A DNA stretch of 64,000 nucleotides from Candidatus Moanibacter tarae (GTDB lineage Bacteria; Verrucomicrobiota; Verrucomicrobiia; Opitutales; UBA2987). Below, in pieces: positions 48,025-58,029 of the stretch. The stretch covers positions 166,226-230,225 of the forward strand of contig CP029803.1 of NCBI GenBank assembly GCA_003226295.1. The letters run 5' to 3'. Position 1 is the first letter of the stretch. Each line of letters opens with the position of its first letter. A program made the translations under genes and the position numbers. The notes below the pieces were generated by a model. It was not told the DNA's origin. It was given only the letters and a program-made list of their open reading frames with translations, and ran no database searches.

Positions 48025-48068
48025 ACGGAAAACTTTTTGAGGATTTAAGGGCCATAGAATCCGAACCT

Positions 48069-48902
48069 TCAGCTTCCTTTCTTCAGGATGTCAATCGCTC
48101 TCGCTACAATTTCACGATCCATTCCGAAACACGCCACAATTTGCTGTACCATTTCATCGGTCTCGATCTTCTGGTGGCTTACTTCTCTATGATTACGAAT
48201 TTGAATGCGGTTTTTTTGTAAATAGTACTGCTCTTTTCCTCTGACCTGAGTTAGGACGGGGTAACGCATCATATCCCAACCAAAAGATGAGTCCCAGACT
48301 TCGAGGAAATCACCCGCATCCACTGGTTGAGTTTTAAAAGTGAGCCGGTAAGTCCGCTTTCCCTGTTGCACTGTGTGTAAGACAATCTCATCTCCTTTTC
48401 GCCTGGGTGAGAGTATCAGTTTGTTAAAGGAGGTCTCGATTTTTTGTGGTTCCTCTAAATCGAGTGGCAGAGGATCGACGATTAGATAGCCTGGATCAAG
48501 GAGGTGGGGTCTTCGGTCGATCCATACAATGATGGCACTGTGGGTATTATCGCCATATTTCCGGTTTGCCAGGATCGGCTCCGCATTCCATCCGAGGGAG
48601 CGAATGAGGTAGATTAGAGTGGCTGAAAGCGAAAAACAGGTCCCCCCAGTTTTCGTAGAGAAATGATCTTGAATTACCCGTTTGGGGTCCCGACGGGCTC
48701 GTTCAGGAGATCCCTCATCGACAATTCTAATAGCTTTAGTTAGATTTTCGTAAGGGAGTAAGGCAAAGGTCTTAGCCAAGCGGTGCAGAAGTTCCCTTTT
48801 GTTACCGCTTTCTTTGAGAGAAAAATGACTCAAGTAGCGCTTGAGTAGGTCGTCATCCGTTGGTGGCGCCAGAGGATTCTTGGGCATATCCTGGAGGTAC
48901 AA
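48069..48902 (-). CDS. Arylamine N-acetyltransferase (NAT) family protein
   Basis: 277 aa. It has the catalytic Cys block GGTCFSL, followed by HSAIIV and LLDPG, consistent with a Cys-His-Asp triad. Confidence 0.7.
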   Translation of the reverse strand: MYLQDMPKNPLAPPTDDDLLKRYLSHFSLKESGNKRELLHRLAKTFALLPYENLTKAIRIVDEGSPERARRDPKRVIQDHFSTKTGGTCFSLSATLIYLIRSLGWNAEPILANRKYGDNTHSAIIVWIDRRPHLLDPGYLIVDPLPLDLEEPQKIETSFNKLILSPRRKGDEIVLHTVQQGKRTYRLTFKTQPVDAGDFLEVWDSSFGWDMMRYPVLTQVRGKEQYYLQKNRIQIRNHREVSHQKIETDEMVQQIVACFGMDREIVARAIDILKKGS

Positions 48903-49014
48903 GAATTTTCTAACGGTGGTCTATAAACCATGAGATTTTTGAAATACCCTATGGTGTTTGCACTTACTAGGGGACTCGAAGCCTATCGTAGGTGTCAACT
49001 TTTCTATGAACCAA

Positions 49015-50205
49015 TTAAGTTGGTGACGAATGGGCCGGAATTTCTCCTGATTTCGGCCCATTGGAATCTAATTCCTGCGCTGGGAGAGAAGCGCTGCCAA
49101 TATTCTCGATAAAGGTTTCTGTCATACGATAGGCTTCATCATCTGGAAATTGTTTTGGTGGATGTTTGCAGAAGAAAGCGGCAGGTCCTTCCAAGTTGCC
49201 ACCTATTCCTAATTTTTGAGCCAGTTTCAGACAACGAATTGCATCGATTGCTACTCCGGCTGAATTTGGCGAATCCTCCACTGATAAACGCATTTCCAAA
49301 TTCATCTCAACGTCTCCAAACATCTTTCCTTCCATACGAATGAAACAAACTTTGTTGTCGTTCTGCCAAGGGACATAATCGCTGGGTCCAACGTGAATAT
49401 TCTCGTCACCCAAACGTTCCGCAGTTACTGACTGAACCGCCTCCGTCTTGGAAGTCTTTTTCGACATGAGCCTGCTACGGTTGAGCATATTGAGGAAATC
49501 TGTGTTACCTCCTGTGTTGAGCTGGTAGGTCCGCTCCATCTTGACTCCACGCTTTTTAAAAAGGTCGGTTAGAGCTCGGTGGGCAATTGTTGCTCCCAAT
49601 TGTGCCTTGATGTCATCACCGATAATGGGAATTCCTGCTTCCGAAAATTTCTTTTCCCACTTGGGATCACTCGCGATGAATACGGGAATGTTGTTGAGAA
49701 AGGCAACCCCTGCATCTAGAGCGCATTCTGCATAGAATTGGGTTGCTGCCTCCGATCCCACCGGCAGATAGTTGACGAGGACGTCAACTTTTTTCTGTTG
49801 CAAAATATCGATGACGTCCGATTTCTTCGACTCAATCGCATCTGCCCTCAAAAAAGTGCGGTTTTCAGGGTAGTCACCCATGTGGGGGGAAAGGCCATCG
49901 AGTATTTTCCCCATTTCCACGATGACACCCGATTTAGGGATACTCGGGCAAAAAATCTTGGTCGAATTGGGTTCAGCAAAAATCGCTTCCGAAATGTCCT
50001 TACCCACTTTACGGCTATCGATGTCAAATGCAGCTGTGACTTCGACATCGAATGGGCGATAGTTTCCTATTTCCCAGTGCATTAATCCAATTGCCGATTC
50101 TGGGTCCTTATCTCTATAGTAGCAGATGCCTTGGACTAGGCTACTGGCGCAGTTGCCAACGCCAACAATCGCGATTCTTATGTTTTCTTTCATCGTGCTA
50201 TCCAT
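49015..50205 (-). CDS. myo-Inositol-1-phosphate (inositol-3-phosphate) synthase
   Basis: 396 aa. It has IAIVGVGNCASSLVQG, GDDIKAQLGAT and SKKTSKTEAV, typical of bacterial/archaeal MIPS. Confidence 0.85.
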   Translation of the reverse strand: MDSTMKENIRIAIVGVGNCASSLVQGICYYRDKDPESAIGLMHWEIGNYRPFDVEVTAAFDIDSRKVGKDISEAIFAEPNSTKIFCPSIPKSGVIVEMGKILDGLSPHMGDYPENRTFLRADAIESKKSDVIDILQQKKVDVLVNYLPVGSEAATQFYAECALDAGVAFLNNIPVFIASDPKWEKKFSEAGIPIIGDDIKAQLGATIAHRALTDLFKKRGVKMERTYQLNTGGNTDFLNMLNRSRLMSKKTSKTEAVQSVTAERLGDENIHVGPSDYVPWQNDNKVCFIRMEGKMFGDVEMNLEMRLSVEDSPNSAGVAIDAIRCLKLAQKLGIGGNLEGPAAFFCKHPPKQFPDDEAYRMTETFIENIGSASLPAQELDSNGPKSGEIPAHSSPT

Positions 50206-50462
50206 TTGTCTTGTTGGAGCCGTTGATTAATTTAATAGGAGGGTGTGACATGAAATCAGAGCGTCCTTTGCTTCTCAATGTTACCAAAGATAAGTTATTG
50301 TAAAAACGAGAGGAGCTAGCAACACGGTAGGGAGAGGAAGATACTTGGGGGAAATAAAGACGGACGATTCCGAACTCTCTTAAATATAAGAAACGGCGAT
50401 AATCCAGTTGTAGCGGCTTTATGTAAAGTCCGAAATTAGGACTTATAACCTGAATATCAGGT

Positions 50463-51263
50463 CTACAAAGTTAAAGAGCCTTTTTCTGCCGGCTCCCCCA
50501 TCAACAACTTCCAGCAATGGATTCGGATGGCACGTTGTTTTAAATGATCGCTCTGGCCGACATTCAGAGGATTCGATGAGGTCAGGATATTTCGAACATC
50601 ACCTGCATCAATATCCCAATTAGCTGGTCTAGCGAGTACATCTGGTTGGTGGTTCCAAGAAGGGGTGATGTTTTCGGAAGTGCGCTTAACCAGGAACTTT
50701 ACCATATGCCGTTTCTTCCGAGATCGGTTGGCAGCTGTACCATGCCAGATGTCATAATGAGTTAGAGCGATAGTCCCCGCCTTGACGGTGAGTGGAATCT
50801 GGCCCCTTATGTTAGTGTATGTTGCCATGCGATCAGTCGGAGCATTTCGAAACTGAGTTCCGGGGGCAATTATTGTAGGTCCCATTTCTGCCGTCACATT
50901 ATGGGGATAATACAAGGCGAGTATTTGATTTATACCTGCTCGTCGATTATTCGTGCTGTCTTGATGCCAGCGCATAAAATCGGATCCAGGGGGTTTTAGG
51001 TGCCAGTGTCGATGTGTTTTGAGTTCGTAGTTTTTCCCTAAAAGGCTAGTGAAGGCTCCTTTGACTGAAGAGTGATCTACAATCTTTTTGAGTTCAGGTA
51101 CGACATCGGTAATCGCGTCTCCGGGATTCCTCCTCATCTTATCCAGCTTTTGAGTGATCTCCTCGTGAAGGCCCTTTCTGAACCGAGGTTTCAGAATGAG
51201 ATAGCCGTTAACAACAAAGCGGGCTACATCTAAGTCGGAAAGTAAATATCGACGATTGCTCAT
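50463..51263 (-). CDS. Phytanoyl-CoA dioxygenase (PhyH) family Fe(II)/2-oxoglutarate oxygenase
   Basis: 266 aa. It has WHQD (HxD) and a distal His (IWHGT). Confidence 0.75.
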   Translation of the reverse strand: MSNRRYLLSDLDVARFVVNGYLILKPRFRKGLHEEITQKLDKMRRNPGDAITDVVPELKKIVDHSSVKGAFTSLLGKNYELKTHRHWHLKPPGSDFMRWHQDSTNNRRAGINQILALYYPHNVTAEMGPTIIAPGTQFRNAPTDRMATYTNIRGQIPLTVKAGTIALTHYDIWHGTAANRSRKKRHMVKFLVKRTSENITPSWNHQPDVLARPANWDIDAGDVRNILTSSNPLNVGQSDHLKQRAIRIHCWKLLMGEPAEKGSLTL

Positions 51264-51556
51264 TTTACAGGTTCAATTTTTTGAAGTATAAACTCGTAGC
51301 CGACAAACTCGAGATCGTGGTCATCGAACGGAGCCTGGAGGTGAGGAAACTGGATGACGTGCCATCCGTCAATTATAGCCTCATGAACTGATTGGTAGGG
51401 CCATTTAGGGGGTTCAGCTGTGATTTCCGCTTGATAGCCACTGGTCGGTTCGATCTGCGTCAGGCCGATCAATGGAGAAAAAACATTGGGGGTGCGGGCG
51501 TGAAGATAAAGAAGTCGCTGCTTAGACAGAGTTTTAGATGAAGGTTTTTTCGACAT
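51260..51556 (-). CDS. Hypothetical small protein, translationally coupled to the PhyH gene
   Basis: 98 aa. Its stop overlaps the downstream start (ATGA). I recognise no family. Confidence 0.4.
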   Translation of the reverse strand: MSKKPSSKTLSKQRLLYLHARTPNVFSPLIGLTQIEPTSGYQAEITAEPPKWPYQSVHEAIIDGWHVIQFPHLQAPFDDHDLEFVGYEFILQKIEPVK

Positions 51557-51754
51557 ACTTTTGTTTTGAATAGGAGCTGCTTGGCAAGCCTGGGGAAATC
51601 GATATTCAATCGGTAAATTGGGAAACAGGACTGCTGTTAAGATAGGAATTCTTTTTTGCGTATCTAAGTAAAATCAAATGCAGAGACATGATTCCTCATT
51701 TCCTCCCTTGGTGTGTTTGGAATGGTTCTCGCATTATATTTGCCAGCTACTTTT

Positions 51755-52519
51755 TCAGTCTGCAATCGATTCATGAACGGCGGCTTCCGCCTTTTTGAAG
51801 GCGACCTCATCATCGACATCGATCCAGAATCGATCGGTTCTCAGATACCTTGCACAGCGGGATTCCGCCAGGACGCGGATGCCTGCCGATAGGGTAGTGT
51901 CCTGGTAGGAATCCCCGGCTTTTTCTAAGGCTCCAAAAAGGGCAGGCGTACAGAGGAAGATGCCAGTATCGAAGGCCCTGAAGTGGTCAATGGATTTACC
52001 GATGTTCAGAATAAGACCGTTGGATGTATCAACCTTAGTTACATCTTCCAAGTCAACAAGAGGATTTGTGAGATTGTTGTCTACTGCTAACACGATTTCT
52101 CCTTGGTTCGGCGGATGGGCTTGTAGAGTATGGAGAATGGTAGGATCGAAAAGATGATCAGACATTAGTAGAAAGAAGGGCTCTTGCAAGTGGGGTTTCG
52201 CCTTAAGTACGGAGTAGCCGTTTTCTTTTTGCCAATTCTGATTTTCGATCGTCGTAATTGAGATCTCTAGCTTTTCGGCGAGTTCTTCCACGAAGTTGGT
52301 AACAGTTTCCCCTTCAAATCCCGTAACGACATAGAATTCGTCTGCCCCGCCATCAATAGCGGAGCAGACCACGCGTTCGATCAGGGGTTGACCAAGAAGT
52401 GGAACTAGAGGCTTAACCTCCCCTCGCTCCTTAAGTCGCGTTCCTTGGCCTGCAGCTAAGATTAAGCACTTCAAAATTTGGGGACTTCGTAGTTTTGTTG
52501 GGCCTGTAAATTCTGCCAT
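51755..52519 (-). CDS. Sugar/polyol-phosphate nucleotidyltransferase (IPCT/LicC-like)
   Basis: 254 aa. It has the N-terminal LILAAGQGTRLK...KPL signature of the NTP_transferase fold. Confidence 0.75.
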   Translation of the reverse strand: MAEFTGPTKLRSPQILKCLILAAGQGTRLKERGEVKPLVPLLGQPLIERVVCSAIDGGADEFYVVTGFEGETVTNFVEELAEKLEISITTIENQNWQKENGYSVLKAKPHLQEPFFLLMSDHLFDPTILHTLQAHPPNQGEIVLAVDNNLTNPLVDLEDVTKVDTSNGLILNIGKSIDHFRAFDTGIFLCTPALFGALEKAGDSYQDTTLSAGIRVLAESRCARYLRTDRFWIDVDDEVAFKKAEAAVHESIAD

Positions 52520-52806
52520 AGAGAAGTTACAGAATACAAATATGACAATATTAATTTCGCAGTTTTGACCATGAGTTTTTCTATCTTTCTATGTTAGTTT
52601 TGGTTCCAATAGTTTGTTAGTAGGTTTCGTCAGTTTAGAGCTCGATACCAAAACAGCTCATTAAGGGATACTGGGAGCTAAGGATGATATTGGTCGTGGT
52701 GGATCTTCCTCACCTAAAGATATTGCAATTCCAGGAGCTACCCGTTCAATTTCGGTATCTTTCAAGTATGCTGGTGAATACTCCACGGAAGACATAATAG
52801 AAAGCT

Positions 52807-53832
52807 ATGATCTCCGCGACCGATTTTGAAAAATTACCCATCCGCGTTGGGCTAGGTCAATTTAACATTCCTACCGCTACCGGGGAATTACTCTTATTCA
52901 TTAAGCAGTGCGGGGTAGATGATGTTCAACTAAATAGGGTGGAGTGGTCTAGACAGGATCTTTGGGAGTACGAGGAATTGGCTTCGCTACGTAAAATGAT
53001 CGAGGATTACGAACTGCGGTTAATGGCTTTAGAGAATGTGCCTTACTCTTTTTACGATAAGATCATGCTTGGTCTGGATGGCCGGGAGTTACAGTTGGAG
53101 AATATGTGCCAGACAGTGCGTAACATGGGGCAGGCAGGAATTCCGATTTTGGGTTATCACTTCATGCCTACTGAGGTTTGGCGAACATCGCGAACCACCC
53201 CAATCCGTGGAGGTGCGAAAACGACCGCGTTCAATCTAGATGTAGCGATATCCGCGAAGGCGGATCCTCTTCCAAAGAGAGGAAATTTCATATCTGAGCG
53301 CGAGATTACGGAAGAAGAGATGTGGGAAAACTACGATTGGTATATGGAGCGGATCCTTCCCGTTTGTGAAGAATCCAATGTTAGAATGGCGTTGCATCCC
53401 GACGATCCTCCCGTGAACTATCCCCTTGGAGGTGTGGCTCGGATATTTCGGAACTTTGAAAATTTTGATCGCGCCATGACAAAGTTCAATAGCCCAATGC
53501 ACGGCCTCAATTTCTGTCACGGATGTTGGTCGGAAATGCGAGCCGGTGCGGGAGTCATCGACGCGATTCGACATTTTGGGGTGCAAGGGAAAATTTTTTA
53601 TGTTCACCTTCGTGATGTTCAGGGGCGAATCGATGATTTTACCGAGTGCTGGATAGGTGAAGGCAATTCGGATATAATCGAGGTGATTCGAACCCTAAAG
53701 GATTCCGGATTCAGAGGTTTTATGATTCCCGATCATGTCCCGGTCATGAATGATGATGGCTGGTACAAGCAGCGGGGCCGAGCCTATACGGTTGGCTACA
53801 TGAAGGCAATGTTGGACGTTTTGGCCAGCTGA
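52807..53832 (+). CDS. Mannonate dehydratase (UxuA) family protein
   Basis: 341 aa xylose-isomerase-like TIM barrel with the UxuA-type block MALHPDDPP. Confidence 0.65.
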   Translation: MISATDFEKLPIRVGLGQFNIPTATGELLLFIKQCGVDDVQLNRVEWSRQDLWEYEELASLRKMIEDYELRLMALENVPYSFYDKIMLGLDGRELQLENMCQTVRNMGQAGIPILGYHFMPTEVWRTSRTTPIRGGAKTTAFNLDVAISAKADPLPKRGNFISEREITEEEMWENYDWYMERILPVCEESNVRMALHPDDPPVNYPLGGVARIFRNFENFDRAMTKFNSPMHGLNFCHGCWSEMRAGAGVIDAIRHFGVQGKIFYVHLRDVQGRIDDFTECWIGEGNSDIIEVIRTLKDSGFRGFMIPDHVPVMNDDGWYKQRGRAYTVGYMKAMLDVLAS

Positions 53833-53866
53833 TTCCTAGGTTACAATTGTAAAGGGGGAAGTGAAT

Positions 53867-53895
53867 CATCCGAAGCTGAAATAGAGCTTCGGATG
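53867..53895. other. Perfect 11-bp intergenic inverted repeat between convergent genes (possible bidirectional terminator or RNA stabiliser)
   Basis: catccgaagct and agcttcggatg are exact reverse complements with a 7-nt loop. No clean U-tract follows on either strand. Confidence 0.5.
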
Positions 53896-53942
53896 AAGAG
53901 TTGTTTCCGATTTTTATGGATTAAGTAGAGATTCAGGTCCTG

Positions 53943-54998
53943 CTATTTGCCTTTTCTTGGTCCGATCATTCCTCTTTCGAGCATATCTAGAAAAGGGGAG
54001 TCCTCAATGTCGAGAGGCAGGTCGACGCGGGAGCGCCTTCGACTGGATTCATAGGCACTGAAGATCACTTCGGTAGCTTGGAGAGCTTTACGGCTGCTCA
54101 ATTCCGGTTCTCTTCCAGTCTTTAGAGCGTCGACAAGATCGGTGATGGCAGAGGTAAATACTATCGGCATGTGTTGGCTCTTCAGTTCTCGGATCTCAGG
54201 TTCTTGCCAGCCCCTGTATCCTTTCGCCAGGAAGCGGAGCGCAGGTCCATCAGGGACGGTCACTTCAATAAGGCCATCGGAGCCCATAATCCTAAGAGCA
54301 CATGTTCTTTTATCGATTCCCGTATCTAGTAGACCTGTAACGCCGTTATTGAATTGGATTCGGCAGATAGCCTGATTTTCCATGTCCACTCCAAATAGTT
54401 TGTTCTCGGTCTGGCTGTTGATCTGGGCAATAACCCACGAAGCGGGTTCGTCATTATTGTAGAAAAACATCATATCAATCCAATGCGTTCCCCAGTCAAA
54501 GATATTGCTACAGTAACCTTCGAAACGGTGGATCTGGCCGATCGCACCGGAATGTGCGATTTCCTTGGCTTTCCGAAAAACTTCCCCAAAACGTCGTTGG
54601 TGATTGAATGTTAGCTGGACGCCTGAACGGTTACAGGTTTCGACCATAGACTTTGCTTCACCATAGGTTGGCGCCATTGGTTTTTCACAGTGAATTGCCT
54701 TAACGCCGAGGGTAGCGGCCTCTTTTACCACCGGGGCATGGAGAGGGATCCATAGACAGACACTGACCATATCGAGTTTTTCCCTAACAATCATTTCCTG
54801 GTAGGATTCATAGATTCTAGGTACATCGTGTTGGGAAGCGAATGCCTTTGCATTTTCCCGAACAATATCTGCAACCGCGACGAGTTTAGTGTCGTTACAC
54901 CCTTTATACCCGACGGCGTGATGATGGGCAATCCCATGCCCGGTTGAGCCTTCGTAATTACTTGGTCGACCGCAGCCGATGATACCAACTTTGTACAT
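53943..54998 (-). CDS. Gfo/Idh/MocA-family NAD(P)-dependent oxidoreductase
   Basis: 351 aa. It has the N-terminal Rossmann motif VGIIGCG and the EKP motif (HCEKPMA). Confidence 0.85.
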   Translation of the reverse strand: MYKVGIIGCGRPSNYEGSTGHGIAHHHAVGYKGCNDTKLVAVADIVRENAKAFASQHDVPRIYESYQEMIVREKLDMVSVCLWIPLHAPVVKEAATLGVKAIHCEKPMAPTYGEAKSMVETCNRSGVQLTFNHQRRFGEVFRKAKEIAHSGAIGQIHRFEGYCSNIFDWGTHWIDMMFFYNNDEPASWVIAQINSQTENKLFGVDMENQAICRIQFNNGVTGLLDTGIDKRTCALRIMGSDGLIEVTVPDGPALRFLAKGYRGWQEPEIRELKSQHMPIVFTSAITDLVDALKTGREPELSSRKALQATEVIFSAYESSRRRSRVDLPLDIEDSPFLDMLERGMIGPRKGK

Positions 54999-55140
54999 TT
55001 TTCAATCCAGAAATATAAGATAGAACTGAGGCAATTGGGGATTAGTTGGCTGCGTTTCAGCAGCACCAAGCCCGGAATGCTAAAAACCAATAATTATTGG
55101 AATCTAGGGATGTTTTTCCCTCGGGGAAATTATTTCGTTT

Positions 55141-56253
55141 CTATGCAAATCGATATTTTTCCACCGTTGTTTCGTTAATAGTTACCCCGAGGCCTGGGCC
55201 TTCGGGAAGTGCGACGTAGCCGTCAACAATTTCGAATTGTTCGTGCGTGAGCTCATGCCTCAGAGGGGATTCCGCCATACAGAATTCAAAAACTTCAGTG
55301 TTGGGGATAGCGGACAAAGCGTGAAGCGATGCGGCAATCGTGATGCCACTCTTGAAACTGTGGTTTACAACCTTCCTGTGATGACGACAGGCCATCTTTC
55401 CGGCTTCCACGAATACGGAGATGCCACATCTCCCAGGATCAGGTTGAATCCAATCAAGTCCACCTTCTACCACAAGTCGTTCGAACTCGATGTATCTTGC
55501 GTCGGCCTCAGCAGCGGCAATGGGTAAAGGGCTTTCGGCAGTTAGCCGAAAGTATCCAGTGACATCATCGGGGTGGAGTGGTTCTTCTAGCCAGAATGGG
55601 CGATATTCCATGAATTGATTCGTCCGTTGGAGAGCCGTTTTCCAATCCCACACTTGACCTGCGTCAATGAGTATGTCGACTTTATCTCCTGCCCCTTTCC
55701 TGGCCTCCCTAACTAGGGCAATATCAGTACTTTCGTCCCGGCCCATCGGTCCCCATCCAAATTTAATAGCGGTGAACCCCAGGTCAGTGAATTTCCGAGC
55801 TAGTTCACCAGTTTCCCTCGGGGTGTCGCCGAATAAAATGGAACAATAAGCCCGAAATTTCCGGTTGAAAGGACCACCCAGGAGTGCGTAGACCGGCCGA
55901 CCACAGGCCTTTCCAGCAATGTCCCAAAGGGCTACATTAACTCCGGCTATTGCATGAGTAGCTGCCGCAGCCCGTCCATAATAGTTGGTAGCTTGTTCCA
56001 TCAAACCCGTACAAACATCGATGGCTAAGGGATCAGTTCCAACGAGAGTATTCCTCAGGCCGCTGCAGATCTGATGGGAAAGAGGGGCATCCACAATCGC
56101 CTTAATCACACTTGGGCAAGAGTCGACTTCACCCCACCCAGAAATTCCTTCATCTGTGTCGACCCTAATAAGGCATGTATCCTGGGTTCCGTCACAGGCA
56201 GCGGTTACTTCAGGCAATCGTAGAATTATGGCGGTGACGTCAGTGATTTTCAT
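55141..56253 (-). CDS. Enolase-superfamily enzyme (mandelate racemase/muconate lactonizing; sugar-acid dehydratase-like)
   Basis: 370 aa. It starts MKITDV. Metal-ligand blocks are IDAGQ, LEEP and AAAE. Confidence 0.85.
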   Translation of the reverse strand: MKITDVTAIILRLPEVTAACDGTQDTCLIRVDTDEGISGWGEVDSCPSVIKAIVDAPLSHQICSGLRNTLVGTDPLAIDVCTGLMEQATNYYGRAAAATHAIAGVNVALWDIAGKACGRPVYALLGGPFNRKFRAYCSILFGDTPRETGELARKFTDLGFTAIKFGWGPMGRDESTDIALVREARKGAGDKVDILIDAGQVWDWKTALQRTNQFMEYRPFWLEEPLHPDDVTGYFRLTAESPLPIAAAEADARYIEFERLVVEGGLDWIQPDPGRCGISVFVEAGKMACRHHRKVVNHSFKSGITIAASLHALSAIPNTEVFEFCMAESPLRHELTHEQFEIVDGYVALPEGPGLGVTINETTVEKYRFA

Positions 56254-56721
56254 GATTTCTAGGATTTAATATTTGCAGAATATCTCTCCTTTGCCCACTT
56301 GACTCACGGGACCTAGCGGTTGCAATAAGAAAATGATTTAGCCCAGAATCAGCTGACTCCGAATATCTAAACTCAGCTTTGGAAAATCAGGTAGATCTTG
56401 TATTTCATGGTTAACCGACTTCCTACGTCCGTTCGTCGATCCTATTGAACCGAGTCTGTTGCTGCGGTCGTCCTGGCAAACATGCTTCATCAAAGAACTG
56501 AGCAGACTGATCATTTGGAATGATTATTATTTTGCGGCTTTTACCGAGACCCTGAAAACCTTGGAGGATATTGCAATATTTGCTCTGTGAATGCAACACC
56601 ACCGGGATTCATGCGTTATAGCTGGTGAAGCTTGTGGACATTCGAGGAAAGATTGTTAGAAACTTTTCTCAGGTGTGTTAGATTAGGGACTCAGAATTGA
56701 GACCAAGGAGGGGTTAGTATA

Positions 56722-57999
56722 ATGTTGGACATAAGGGGATCGCAAGAACGCCATCAAAGGGCTTCCCGAGTTCTTGCAACAGGAGTTTCGAGTGGACTTC
56801 GAAAATCCGTGAAACCGTTGCTTTACTTCGAACGAGCAAATGGCCCCTACTTCTATGATGTCGATGGGCACGAGTTGGTTGATTACACACTTGGGTGGGG
56901 ACCTCTCATTTTGGGTTCCAACCATCCTGCGATAAATGCTGCGGTAGTGGCACAGATTGAAAAGAGCTACACATATGGTGCTCAGCATCAACTAGAAATT
57001 GATCTGGCTGAGAAGTTAGTTGAGGTTCTTTCGGGTGTTGACCAAGTTGTTTTCTCAAACACCGGTTCCGAGGCTGTGCAAGTTGCGATCCGCTTGGCGC
57101 GAGCTACCACCGGTCGGGATAAGATTGTAAAGTTTGAAGGCCATTACCACGGCTGGATGAACAATGTACTGGTCAGTTATCATCCGACAGAGGAGCAGCT
57201 GGGGATTCCTTCTCCTACAACCGGCGGACAACCTGCGGCTGAGTTTGGAGATACTCTCGTTTTGAAGTGGAATGACTTCGATGGACTTGAGAGATTGTTT
57301 CGGGAACGAGGTAGCGAAATTGCTTGTGTCATAACTGAGCCGATCTTGGCTAATTCTGGGTCGTGCATGCCTTTGAAAGGGTACCTCCAGTTCTTAGTCG
57401 ATTTATGTCGGTCGAGCGGAGCAATCTCTATCTTTGATGAAGTCATCACTGGGTTTCGCATTGCCCTTGGAGGTGCCAGAGAATACTTCGACATTATTCC
57501 AGATCTTTCGATTTACGGAAAGGCAATGGCCGGTGGGTTTACGATGGGGGCGGTAGCAGGGAGCTACTCAATTTTTGAAGTGTTAAGGGATTCAAGAACC
57601 ATCCACGCGGGGACTTACAATGGTTCTCCGCTAAATCTTGCGGCATCTCTGGCAACAATTAAGACGCTTCAGGAGGTTAGTCCTTATCCGAATATGCGAA
57701 AGCACGGGTTTGCCATACGAGAGAGGATCGAACAATTGGCTTTGATGAAAGGTATTAAGTTAATAGCGAGTGGCGTGGGCAGTGTTTTCCATGTCCATTT
57801 CGGCCTTGATACACTGCCCCTAAACTATTCCGACACTCTTAGGGCTGACGTAAAAACCTACCAAAACTTTCGTCTATCTCTACTAGAGGCGGGAGTCCAT
57901 ACCCTTCCAGACGGTAGATGGTATGTGAGTGCAGTCCACACGGAGTGTGAACTTAGTAAGACGATGAGAGCTGTAGAAATGGCGTTTCAAAAGCTGTAG
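56722..57999 (+). CDS. Class III PLP aminotransferase (glutamate-1-semialdehyde aminomutase-like)
   Basis: 425 aa. It has NTGSEAV, FDEVITGFR and the PLP-Lys block YGKAMAGG. Confidence 0.85.
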   Translation: MLDIRGSQERHQRASRVLATGVSSGLRKSVKPLLYFERANGPYFYDVDGHELVDYTLGWGPLILGSNHPAINAAVVAQIEKSYTYGAQHQLEIDLAEKLVEVLSGVDQVVFSNTGSEAVQVAIRLARATTGRDKIVKFEGHYHGWMNNVLVSYHPTEEQLGIPSPTTGGQPAAEFGDTLVLKWNDFDGLERLFRERGSEIACVITEPILANSGSCMPLKGYLQFLVDLCRSSGAISIFDEVITGFRIALGGAREYFDIIPDLSIYGKAMAGGFTMGAVAGSYSIFEVLRDSRTIHAGTYNGSPLNLAASLATIKTLQEVSPYPNMRKHGFAIRERIEQLALMKGIKLIASGVGSVFHVHFGLDTLPLNYSDTLRADVKTYQNFRLSLLEAGVHTLPDGRWYVSAVHTECELSKTMRAVEMAFQKL

Positions 58000-58029
58000 G
58001 TGGCTCTCCAAATTTTCAAGATTCCAGGG

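Noticed and set aside
56357-56590. A 78-codon stop-free frame (…FLRPFVDPIEPSLLLRSSWQTCFIKELSRLIIWNDYYFAAFTETLKTLEDIAIFAL) in the 468-bp gap upstream of the aminotransferase
   Set aside because: It has no start codon. The stop immediately upstream is followed 5 codons further back by TAG, so a Sec-extension reading fails. I recognise no family. It may be a decayed gene remnant, but this is unsupported.
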